From contig DASRJW010000024.1 of assembly GCA_035649275.1 (NCBI GenBank), forward strand, positions 3,759 through 67,758: a stretch of DNA of 64,000 bases, in the 5' to 3' direction. The DNA comes from Candidatus Krumholzibacteriia bacterium (lineage in GTDB: Bacteria; Krumholzibacteriota; Krumholzibacteriia; G020349025). Below the pieces are notes generated by a model. The model was given only the letters and a program-made list of their open reading frames with translations, was not told the origin of the DNA and did not search any database. Shown here in pieces: positions 53,470 through 62,091 of the stretch. Position 1 is the first letter of the stretch. Each line of letters begins with the position of its first letter. A program made the position numbers and the translations under genes.

Positions 53470-53792
53470 GTACGCCCTCCCCTGGGTGAGGGGGGTGCCA
53501 CGGGACGGGATTCGCCGCCGCAAGAGACTTCCGCCGGGACCGTCAGCGCCACCCGCCGCCCCCGCACCCGCTTGTCGGCGCCCCCACCTACCACGCCGTC
53601 GGCGCCTCCCCCGACGCACCACCTGTCGGCGTCGGCCCCCAACCCACCACCGACCGAGCGCTCGTGACGACCGGGGAAATTCCAGCAATTGGTTCCGCTG
53701 CTTGCACCGGTCTTGCGGAGAAGGTGCCATGGTATCCCGCAGCGGAGCCGGGGCTGGTCCGCAACCGGTTGTAGAAACGCGCGTTGCGTTGA

Positions 53793-53801
53793 TGGTATAC
53801 T
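53793..53801 (+). promoter_or_regulatory. Extended -10 promoter element TGgTATACT upstream of the large outer-membrane protein gene
   Basis: TGGTATACT at 53793-53801, about 58 nt upstream of the TTG start at 53860 (SD GGAGGA at 53850). Confidence 0.3.
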
Positions 53802-53859
53802 GAACCGGGTGTCCTTCGTGTCGTGACGCGCCCACCCGGGCGCCTCCACGGAGGACCGC

Positions 53860-56800
53860 TTGCGTTTCCCTCGACACCTCGGGTTCTTGCTCCTCGGCCT
53901 CGTCGCGGTACCGGCGCAGGCGCAGCTGCAGTACTTCGGCAAGAACAAGGTCGAGTACGAGGAGCAGGACTGGCGTGTCCTGCAGACCCGGCACTTCGAC
54001 GTGCACTTCTACGCCGGTGAAGCGGCCATGGTGCACGACGCGGCGCGCTTGGCGGAACGGGCCTACACCGAGCTCGCCGCCGTCCTCGGTCACGAGTTGC
54101 CGCGGCGCATTCCCCTCGTCCTCTACGCCTCGCACTCCGACTTCCAGCAGACTCACATCACGCCGTCCATGATCGACGTCGGCACCGGGGGCATCACCGA
54201 TCTGGCGCGGCGGCGCGTCTTCCTGCCCTTCAACGGTTCCTGGGGCGACTTCCAGCACGTGCTCACCCACGAGCTCGTGCATGCCTTCGAGATCGACATT
54301 CTTTTCGATTCCACCCAGGGCGATCCGCTGAATCCCTTCGCCTTCGCGCCGCCGCTCTGGGTGATGGAGGGCCTGGCCGAGTACCTGTCGCGGCCCCAGC
54401 AGGACAGCTACACCGCCATGTGGCTGCGCGATGCGGCCCTCTCGGGACGGCTCCTGTCGCTGCCGCAGCTGGAGCAAGTCCAGGACATCCGTATTTACCG
54501 CTTCGGCCAGAGCGTCTTCTCCTACTTCGCCGAGCGTTACGGCAGCCGCCGCATCGGCGACCTGCTGCGTGCGCTCGCCACCAGTCGCAGCCTGGAGCGG
54601 GCGTTCGAGGATGTCGCCGGCGTCTCGTTGCAGCAGTTCTCCGAGGCGTGGACCACGGCCGTGCGCCGGCGGCACCTGCCCGAGCTCGGGCAGCACCAGC
54701 TGAACCGCGAGTACGCCACCCCGGTGGTCACCCGAGAGAGCGAGAACGCCGGCATGCTCCTCGTGCCGAGCATCTCGCCGGACGGCCGCTACCTGGCCTA
54801 CGTGAGCGACGCCGGGCTCACCCGCGACCTCTATGTCCGCGATATGGAGGAAGGGCGCTCGCGCCGGGTCGTGCACGGCGAGCAGAGCGGAGACTTCGAA
54901 TCGCTGCGTTTCTTCAACGCCAGCGCCGCCTGGGCGCCCGACGGCAAGACCCTCGCCTTCGTCTCGCAGTCGCGCGGCGAGGACGCCCTCAATCTCCTCG
55001 ACGTGCAGCGCCGACGTGTCGTCGCCAAATATCGCTTTGGTCTCGACGAGCTGCAGACTCCGACCTTCTCGCCGGACGGCGGCGAGCTGGTTTTCGTCGG
55101 TCTCGAGGGTGGGCAGAGCGATCTCTATCGCGTCCGCAGGGATGGCACCGATCTGCGCCGGCTCACCGCCGACCGCGCCGGCGAGCGGGATCCGCAGTGG
55201 TCACCGGACGGCCGGAAACTGGTCTACGTCACCGATGACGGTGAGGACGCGGACTTCGAGGCACTGCGCTTCGGCACTTGGAAGATCGCTCTTCTGGAGC
55301 TGGAGAGCGGCAGACGCGAATTGCTACGCCCCTTCAGAACAGGTGCCGCTGCCAGCCCTGTCTGGTCCGGAGACGGCGGCTCGATCGCCTTCATCGCCGA
55401 CCCGGACGGCATCCCGAACATCTATGTGCTGCACCTCGCGACGTCGAACGTCTTCCGCCTCACCGACACGGTGACCGGTGTGGGTGGCGTCTTGCCGGAG
55501 AGTCCGGCCCTGTCCTGGGCCCGGGGGAGCGATCGCCTGGTGTTCTCGGCCTTCGGTAACAGCGGCTGGGACATCTTCCGTATCGACCGCCCGGCCAGCG
55601 TCATGCGTCCCCTGGAAGGCGCCATCGCCAACCTCGTCACGAAACACGGTGCGACGGAGGCGGCAGGCCTTGTCGCTCCCGACTCCATGAGCGCGGTCAG
55701 CACAGTGGCGGACTCCGTCGCTCGCGACTCCCTCGCGATGAAGACCGTGTCGGTCGACTCCATCGCGCCGTCCTCGGTTGCTCGAGACACCATGGCGCCG
55801 TCCTCGCTTGCGTGGGACGGTATCGCGCCAGCCTCGGCTGCTCGCGACTCCAGCGCGGCCGCTGGCGCAGCATCGGCGGCCCTTCACCCCGGCGCCGGCA
55901 TGACCTCGCCGGCGGCGGCCACGACGCCGCCAGGCGTGCTGCTGCCGGCGCCCGAAGCGATGGATTTCGTCGAGCGCCCGTACCATGCGCACCTCGCCCC
56001 CGATGTCTCGCAGGTAGCAGGGGTCGTGGGAAGCCAGGGCGGTTTCGGCGGTGCCTCGCTCATCCACTTCAGTGACCTCCTCGGCGATCATTTGCTCAGT
56101 GTGGGCTTCGGCATCTATGGCTCGCTCAAGGATTCCGATCTTTCCCTCGAGTATCTGAACCGTTCGGGACGAACGAACTACCAGTTCGGCGTTTTCCAGC
56201 ACCAGCGGCGTTACGGGTTCCTGGCCTCCGCGGTAGCCGGAGTCGAGAAGCAGACGTATCTCGGCGTGCGCGCCGCCGCGATCCGTCCCTTCGACAAGTT
56301 CTCTCGTGTCGAAATGTCGATGCAGCTCGCCGCTGTTCGCGGCCGCTTCTTCTTGGGTGAGACCTTGGGGGATGGGAGCGTGCAGGAGCTACGCAGCTTC
56401 GCGGGCCCCGGGCTCGCCTACGTGGTGGACACGGCGCTCTTCGGTTCCACCGGCCCGATCATGGGGCGTCGCCTGCGCCTCGGCCTCGAGTCCGGTTTCG
56501 GCGAGCTCGACTTCCGCACCCTCGAACTCGACTGGCGGCAGTACTGGAGCTTCGGGGCCAGTTTCACGCTGGCCGCCCGTGGCTACCTCGCCGGGAGCTG
56601 GGGGGCGACGCCGCAGAGTTTCTTCCTGGGTGGAGCGAACACGCTGCGCGGTTACGCCTACGGCGCGCTCGCGGGAACTCACGCTGGTCTCGCAGGACTG
56701 GAGTTCCGCTTCCCACTCCTGCGCTACCTCGCCCTCGGCTGGCCCTTGCCGCTCGAGCTCGGCAACGTGCGCGGCGTTCTCTTCGCCGAATCCGGCTCGG

Positions 56801-57000
56801 CTTGGGACAGCGTGTGGCTTCGCACCAGCCGCGCGGCCGCGGGGATGGACGTGGATCTGGGGCCGCAGGTGGCCTACGGCTTCGGCACGCGCATCGATTT
56901 CGGCGCCTACATTCTTCGCCTCGATTGGGCGCAACTCTACGATCCGCGCACGGGCCACACGCGGCGCGGCTCGAGTGTCGCTGTCGGCGCGGACTTCTAG
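53860..57000 (+). CDS. Multidomain outer-membrane protein: N-terminal HEXXH zinc-peptidase-like domain, PD40/TolB-like beta-propeller, and C-terminal Omp85/surface-antigen-like beta-barrel
   Basis: Signal peptide LLLGLVAVPAQA. HEXXH motif as HELVH within VLTHELVHAFE. PD40 repeats (SPDGRYLAYVSD, WAPDGKTLAFVSQ, FSPDGGELVFV, WSPDGRKLVYVTDDG, WSGDGGSIAFIADPDG). C-terminal alternating hydrophobic beta-strands ending in an aromatic residue (AVGADF). Confidence 0.6.
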   Translation: MRFPRHLGFLLLGLVAVPAQAQLQYFGKNKVEYEEQDWRVLQTRHFDVHFYAGEAAMVHDAARLAERAYTELAAVLGHELPRRIPLVLYASHSDFQQTHITPSMIDVGTGGITDLARRRVFLPFNGSWGDFQHVLTHELVHAFEIDILFDSTQGDPLNPFAFAPPLWVMEGLAEYLSRPQQDSYTAMWLRDAALSGRLLSLPQLEQVQDIRIYRFGQSVFSYFAERYGSRRIGDLLRALATSRSLERAFEDVAGVSLQQFSEAWTTAVRRRHLPELGQHQLNREYATPVVTRESENAGMLLVPSISPDGRYLAYVSDAGLTRDLYVRDMEEGRSRRVVHGEQSGDFESLRFFNASAAWAPDGKTLAFVSQSRGEDALNLLDVQRRRVVAKYRFGLDELQTPTFSPDGGELVFVGLEGGQSDLYRVRRDGTDLRRLTADRAGERDPQWSPDGRKLVYVTDDGEDADFEALRFGTWKIALLELESGRRELLRPFRTGAAASPVWSGDGGSIAFIADPDGIPNIYVLHLATSNVFRLTDTVTGVGGVLPESPALSWARGSDRLVFSAFGNSGWDIFRIDRPASVMRPLEGAIANLVTKHGATEAAGLVAPDSMSAVSTVADSVARDSLAMKTVSVDSIAPSSVARDTMAPSSLAWDGIAPASAARDSSAAAGAASAALHPGAGMTSPAAATTPPGVLLPAPEAMDFVERPYHAHLAPDVSQVAGVVGSQGGFGGASLIHFSDLLGDHLLSVGFGIYGSLKDSDLSLEYLNRSGRTNYQFGVFQHQRRYGFLASAVAGVEKQTYLGVRAAAIRPFDKFSRVEMSMQLAAVRGRFFLGETLGDGSVQELRSFAGPGLAYVVDTALFGSTGPIMGRRLRLGLESGFGELDFRTLELDWRQYWSFGASFTLAARGYLAGSWGATPQSFFLGGANTLRGYAYGALAGTHAGLAGLEFRFPLLRYLALGWPLPLELGNVRGVLFAESGSAWDSVWLRTSRAAAGMDVDLGPQVAYGFGTRIDFGAYILRLDWAQLYDPRTGHTRRGSSVAVGADF

Positions 57001-57037
57001 CTCTCCCCGAGATCCACGCCAGGCATCCGCACTTCGC

Positions 57038-57679
57038 CTACTCCCGGTACAGTCGCTTCACCACGTCCCAGTGCGTCGACTGGACGGCGACCGTCGTCGT
57101 ACCCGTCGTGAAACGCCAGACCGGACCCGAGACCTTGCCACAATCCTGGTCGGGGCTCGCTACGACTCGCCAGTAATAGGTGGTTTCCGGCTCCAGGAGT
57201 CCGGGAGTGAAAGGCTGGCAATCCTCCAGCGCGAGGCACACCAGCGGCGGGTCCGGGGTGGTCCCGAAGTACACATTGACGTACGCCGTGCCGATACCGC
57301 AGCAGTAAGATGGCCCCGTCGATCCCCAGGTCAACTGCGGTTCACGGGTTACGTTGACCGCCGCATCCAGCGGAAGTGGATCCGAAGGCACCGGGAGCAG
57401 CGGACCCGGTGAGGTCGAGCCACCCTGGACCGAGACCGCGGTGAACAACGGCGAGTTGCAGCGGTGGACGACAGGACCATCGATCGCCGGATTGCTCGGC
57501 GTGTGGTGGCCGGTGACCTGCAAGGCATAGACCGGCGACTGCCCCGGGGGAGCGAGAATCGTCACCGTGTAAAGCAGGACGGCGCCGTAGGCGGTGCCCG
57601 GGCAATCGCTGAAGCTCATGGCGCACCAATCTCCGAACGGGTCACCGATGGCGATCGCCGCAGGGTTAGGCGTCACCAC
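57038..57679 (-). CDS. Hypothetical protein with an FN3-like segment; possible N-terminal truncation or frameshift
   Basis: GTG start; ETTYYWRVVA...GPVWRFTT is FN3-like. A roughly 45-codon ORF with an AAGGAG SD lies just upstream in another frame. Confidence 0.4.
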   Translation of the reverse strand: MVTPNPAAIAIGDPFGDWCAMSFSDCPGTAYGAVLLYTVTILAPPGQSPVYALQVTGHHTPSNPAIDGPVVHRCNSPLFTAVSVQGGSTSPGPLLPVPSDPLPLDAAVNVTREPQLTWGSTGPSYCCGIGTAYVNVYFGTTPDPPLVCLALEDCQPFTPGLLEPETTYYWRVVASPDQDCGKVSGPVWRFTTGTTTVAVQSTHWDVVKRLYRE

Positions 57680-58242
57680 CGGCCGTGGCTCCGGGTGGCA
57701 AGCCGGTCACGGAGAATTCCGCCCCCGCGATCGACGGTAGGGTACCCAGTTCGGCAACGATGTAGTTCGTACCCGGGTTGCTGGTATCCAGATAGCAAGT
57801 CCCAGTAGAGATCTCCTTTACTACGCTAATGCGTCGAGGGCTGGCTGGTGGCGCGTACAGGAGCTACACCCGCCTCAGGGGCGGCCCCATCAGGGTTGCC
57901 CCGACAGGCGGCGGAACCCCGCTCGAATTGCACCCCCGAACCCGCCTCGAATTCGAAACCCCCGATGACTTCGGCAAGCGCTCGTTCACTTGCTCACGAG
58001 CAGCTGGGCATGGCTCCTCGTTCCCAAGCCAACATCCACTCGTCTCATTTCATTGACCGGCACGGATCTTTCTAGTCGAAACCGCGACAGCACTCGAGGA
58101 GCGCGGTGGCGGCGTGTCGGGGAGCCCCTGGCGCATAGGTGCACTGATTGAGTGCAGGCTCCCGAGACAGTGCCCGAAACGAGTGCAGGAATTGTCGGCT
58201 ACTCGGGCCGGCAACCTCTCACTGTTTTCCATCTGCGGAGGC

Positions 58243-58358
58243 GCGTGCCAGAGTTCTCGGCGTTTTCCGCTGGCTGGTGTCGAGGAGGGAAGGAGACCGC
58301 TCACCATTCTCCATGCCCGAGGGTGAGGGCGTGCCTGAGTTCTCGGCGTTTTCCGCTG
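58243..58358. repeat. Two 30-bp near-identical direct repeats (GCGTGCC[A/T]GAGTTCTCGGCGTTTTCCGCTG) 86 bp apart in a low-GC 770-bp intergenic region
   Basis: Copies at 58243-58272 and 58329-58358 (1 mismatch), each preceded by a similar G-rich stretch. Confidence 0.6.
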
Positions 58359-58453
58359 CCGGGGGACTCCGAGATAAGCCCATCGTGGCGAGGGGAATTG
58401 AACTTGCGGCCGTGACGTGAGGAGCGCTGCTTCGAGAGCAGCCGTCCCGACGC

Positions 58454-60052
58454 TCAGCGCTGCTCCTGCAGCCATTTCCTGGGTGGCACGCTGCTGCGCG
58501 CGCTCTCCGGCACCAGCGCCTGCCACCAGGAGCGCCCCTGGGCCTCGGTCCACGGCTCCACGCCGCAACGGCGGAGCGAGTCGAGGAGGTCGTCGGCGCT
58601 CTGAGGTCGGCGCGCCGGTTCCTTCTCCAGGCAGGAGAGGATCAAGCTGTCGAGGGCCGAGGGGATGGGGAGCTCGGTGCGCTGCGAGGGCGGAGTGGGT
58701 GGTGTGCGCGCGTGCTGGGCGATCACGTCGACTGCGCTCGCGCCGTCGAACACGAGCTGACCGGTGAGGAGCCAGTAGGCGAGGCAGCCGACTGCGTAGA
58801 GATCGGTGCGGGCGTCCACGGGCTGCATCCCGAGCACTTGCTCGGGGGCCATGAAGCCCGGCGTACCGCCGATGGCATCGGTAGCGCTCGTGATGCCGTC
58901 GGCGGGGCGAGCCGGCTTGACCAGACCGAAATCGAGCACCTTCACCACGTCGAAGGTCCGGCCGTAATGGCAGGCGAAGACGTTGGCAGGCTTGATGTCG
59001 CGATGGATGAGCTCGTTCTCGTGCGCTTCGGCCAGGGAGTCGCACACCTGGGTGAGGAAGTGCACGGCCCGGGCCGCGGGCACCGGACCGAATCGCCGCA
59101 CGAAGGTATCCAGGTCGAACCCATCCAAGAGTTCCATGACATAGTAGAAGGTGCCGTCGTCGGCGATGCCGTAGTCGTAGACGGCGATGGTGTGCGCCGA
59201 GCGCAGGCGTGCCGTAGCCTGCGCCTCCCGCTCGAAGCGCCGCAGCACCTGCTGGCGCTCTGCGAGCGGCACGCCGAGGAGCTCGGGCCGGACGAGCTTG
59301 ATGGCCGCGGGACGCGCGAGCAGGCGGTGTTCCGCGCGGTACACCTCCCCCATACCGCCCTTGCGCAGGAGCTCGCCGAGCTTGTAGCTGCCCAGCTCGC
59401 GAGCCGCCGTGACCTCTCGACTGAGCCGCGCCACGACCTTGGCGGGAAGCATGGCCAGGAAGGCGCAAATGAAGTTGGGCAAGTACGTCCACAGGATCAC
59501 CTCCCCCGGTGGGAGGGGTACGCCTCGGGCGCCGGTGATTGCCAGGCCGACGAGGTCCATGGCGGCTGCCAAAAGAGATGCGACCACGGTGCGGAGCACG
59601 GTGTTCGGGACGAGCAGCGGATGCACGAGAAGAAGGGCGCAGATCCAGGAGAGCCCTGCGGTGTTCGGTGTCCATTGGTTCACCAGACCGATGGCGAAGG
59701 CGAGCACCACCTCGTAAACGAGAGCGAGATCGAGGAGGCGAGCCAGCGACAGCGACGCCCGCCGGGTCGCGAAAATCACCGCCACCGAGACGAGGATGCA
59801 ACCCAGGGCGGCCGGATTGCCCGGCCAGGGCCAGGCATCGTCCAGGGGGCGTTCCGGCGACAGCCACGGCCCGACGATGTTGTTCATCACCAGCCCCAGA
59901 CTCCAGAGACCGATCCACACCCACGCCGCCGTGGCCAGGCGCCGGCCGGCGTCGCGTTGGATCTCGCTCGGCAGACTGGCGAGACCGGAACGGCGGTTCA
60001 GGGTGTTGACGTCGGCGAGTGAGCCTTGGCGGAGACGCAACTTCCCTCGCAT
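58454..60052 (-). CDS. Serine/threonine protein kinase with an N-terminal polytopic membrane domain
   Basis: C-terminal Hanks kinase motifs (GGMGEVYRA, AIKLV, HRDIKPANV, DFGLVK, GTPGFMAPE); about 6 TM helices precede it. The track ORF 58050..60071 is an overlapping artefact. Confidence 0.75.
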   Translation of the reverse strand: MRGKLRLRQGSLADVNTLNRRSGLASLPSEIQRDAGRRLATAAWVWIGLWSLGLVMNNIVGPWLSPERPLDDAWPWPGNPAALGCILVSVAVIFATRRASLSLARLLDLALVYEVVLAFAIGLVNQWTPNTAGLSWICALLLVHPLLVPNTVLRTVVASLLAAAMDLVGLAITGARGVPLPPGEVILWTYLPNFICAFLAMLPAKVVARLSREVTAARELGSYKLGELLRKGGMGEVYRAEHRLLARPAAIKLVRPELLGVPLAERQQVLRRFEREAQATARLRSAHTIAVYDYGIADDGTFYYVMELLDGFDLDTFVRRFGPVPAARAVHFLTQVCDSLAEAHENELIHRDIKPANVFACHYGRTFDVVKVLDFGLVKPARPADGITSATDAIGGTPGFMAPEQVLGMQPVDARTDLYAVGCLAYWLLTGQLVFDGASAVDVIAQHARTPPTPPSQRTELPIPSALDSLILSCLEKEPARRPQSADDLLDSLRRCGVEPWTEAQGRSWWQALVPESARSSVPPRKWLQEQR

Positions 60053-60182
60053 TTCGGTGTTGCAACTTCACCCCGAGGACAAGGCGGTGAAAGCCAGTGT
60101 GATCATAGCGGCCTGGGCGTGGCTCTTCCAGGCTGGGGGGCGCGATGACCCCGCGAGTCGATGGCAGCCACAGCGTCGACCT

Positions 60183-60779
60183 TCATCCCTTCAGGTGATC
60201 ACGCAGCGCGAAGAACGTGTGCACGCAGAGATCCGCCTGCGCCGCATACTCGCCTTCGCCGCCGATGTCGAAATACACCGTGAAGGTTCCGGCCTCGCGT
60301 CCGGCCTGCAGGTCGTAGAGGAAGTCGCCCACCATCACCGCCTGCTCGGGACGGGCGTCCCAGGCTTGCAGGAGCTTGCGAATGCCGTCGCCGCTCGGTT
60401 TCGGAGCGCAAGCTTCGCGGCCGAGTACGAAGGGCGCGGGGAAGAAGGAAGACAGCCCGCATTGCGCCAGGGTCTCCATGGCGTTGGCGTGGCTGTTGCG
60501 CGTCAGGATGCCGAGCCGGGCGCCGCTTGCATGCAGGAGGCTCAAGAGCTCCAGCGCCCCTGGCTGTGTCCTCGAGCTGCGGGCGATGGCGAGCTCGATC
60601 GCGTCGAGTCGCTGGAACCGCGCCTCCCGTTCTCGCTCAGGGAGAGCGGCCATCTGCTCCAGGATCGGCCGTTGTGGGTCGAGCCCCAGGCTGCGCTTGA
60701 TGGCGGGAAAGTCGTGGGCCGCGACCGTCAGGGTTCCGTCCATGTCGAAGATCCAATACCTGCGTGCCGAGAGGCTCAT
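60183..60779 (-). CDS. HAD-superfamily hydrolase
   Basis: Motif I FDMDGTLT directly after the start MSLSARRYWIFDMDGTLT. The track ORF 60183..61127 is over-extended. Confidence 0.7.
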   Translation of the reverse strand: MSLSARRYWIFDMDGTLTVAAHDFPAIKRSLGLDPQRPILEQMAALPEREREARFQRLDAIELAIARSSRTQPGALELLSLLHASGARLGILTRNSHANAMETLAQCGLSSFFPAPFVLGREACAPKPSGDGIRKLLQAWDARPEQAVMVGDFLYDLQAGREAGTFTVYFDIGGEGEYAAQADLCVHTFFALRDHLKG

Positions 60780-62011
60780 GGGTATGGCGCAGCCTCGCGC
60801 TGTTGCCGCAGCGCCTGCAGTCTGAGTTCGCTCTCGGCGCTCCGCCCGGCGGCCGCGGCCTGCGCCTGATAACGCCGCACCACCGCGAGGTCGCCGTAGA
60901 GGATGCCTACCAGAACGAGCGCCAGCAGGACCCGGCCCGCGGTGCCCACCCGGTGCCAGAGCCGGTGGAAGCCGAGAGCGACGGCGCCGCAGAGGAACGC
61001 GGCGGGCAAGCAGGTCTCGCCGAGGTCGAGTCGCGCCTGCGTGAGCGGATGCAAGCTCAGCGGTACGAGGAAGGCGAGATACGACGACAAGAGCCAGCGC
61101 ACTGCACCGCCGCCCTTGACGAACCACAGCGCCCCGGCCCCGAGGAAGAGCAGTCCCGAAATCGGCCGGGTCTGCTCGACGAGGGTGAGCACTCGCGGCA
61201 GCAGTGCCTCCGAAGCTGATTCGACGGGTTGCACCGCGAGGGGCAGCAACATCTGGGAGAGGAGTCGCAGCACCCGCACCGGAAGCGACAACCAGGTCGA
61301 GGCGCTCAACAGGAGTTCATCGGCGCCCTGGCCGCGCAGCAGCTGCAGGATCACGGCGCCGCTGCCGAGGATGACGAGGAACGCCATCTTGCGCAGCACC
61401 GAGGATAGACTGCGGCGGTGGGGCCACATGAGGCCCCCCAGCATCACCAGCGCCATGGCGCCGGCCTCGTGGCAGAAAAGCGCCAAAAGGAAAAGCTCGG
61501 CGGTGAGGAGTGTCGCCAGCAAACGGCGACGCGGGGTGCGCTCGAGCTGGGCCCGGAGCGCCACGATGCCCGTGCCGAGGACGAAGGTGGTGGCGAGGAG
61601 GATCGACAGGTGCGCCGGCCGCCAGACGCTCTCACCATAGAAACCGAGGGCCAGGGCGAAGAGGATCGCGGCGCCTGCCGCCACGGCCGATCCGAGGGGG
61701 CCCCGGAAGAGCGCGAAGAGCAGCGTGGCGTTCGCGGCATGCAGCACCATGTGGGTGACCACATAGCGCGGTGCGCGCAATCCCCAGAGCGAGACCTCGC
61801 CGGCGAAGGCGAGCTGGGAAAGGGGGCGCTCGAACGGCGGGATCCAGGGCGGCGTGATGGCATCGGCCGCGCTGCGCACCCGCAGAGCGGGCTCGAGGAC
61901 GGCGAAGTCCGCGCCAGAGAAACCGGTGTCGAGGCTGGAGGAGAAGGCGAAGAAGGCGCAGAAGAGCGAAGCCAGCGCCACCCCTATGTGGGCCACGAGA
62001 CGCAGGTTCAT
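60776..62011 (-). CDS. Polytopic integral membrane protein (hypothetical)
   Basis: 411 aa with 10 or more TM helices. Stop overlaps the HAD start. Confidence 0.5.
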   Translation of the reverse strand: MNLRLVAHIGVALASLFCAFFAFSSSLDTGFSGADFAVLEPALRVRSAADAITPPWIPPFERPLSQLAFAGEVSLWGLRAPRYVVTHMVLHAANATLLFALFRGPLGSAVAAGAAILFALALGFYGESVWRPAHLSILLATTFVLGTGIVALRAQLERTPRRRLLATLLTAELFLLALFCHEAGAMALVMLGGLMWPHRRSLSSVLRKMAFLVILGSGAVILQLLRGQGADELLLSASTWLSLPVRVLRLLSQMLLPLAVQPVESASEALLPRVLTLVEQTRPISGLLFLGAGALWFVKGGGAVRWLLSSYLAFLVPLSLHPLTQARLDLGETCLPAAFLCGAVALGFHRLWHRVGTAGRVLLALVLVGILYGDLAVVRRYQAQAAAAGRSAESELRLQALRQQREAAPYP

Positions 62012-62091
62012 GAAGGCTCGACCCGGGGCGACACGATGACCTCCCGGGCCACGGTAGAGACGGCTCGTTGCGGCTGCAAGGGGATTCCGCC

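Noticed and set aside
53486-53803. 105-aa Pro/Arg-rich ORF in the 390-bp region upstream of the outer-membrane protein
   Set aside because: Extreme low-complexity composition; it overlaps the putative promoter and is judged non-coding.
58380-58420. tRNA-like T-arm sequence (GGGGAATTGAACTT on the plus strand)
   Set aside because: Flanking bases do not form T, acceptor or anticodon stems on either strand. No tRNA could be folded by eye.
58427-58443. GCTGC-TTCGAGA-GCAGC hairpin downstream of the kinase stop as a possible terminator
   Set aside because: No U-tract follows on the coding (minus) strand, and intrinsic terminators are rare in this GC range. It is left uncalled.
58050-60071. 673-aa ORF overlapping the Ser/Thr kinase
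   Set aside because: Pro/Arg/Gly-rich frame. The 58454..60052 frame carries all Hanks kinase subdomains.
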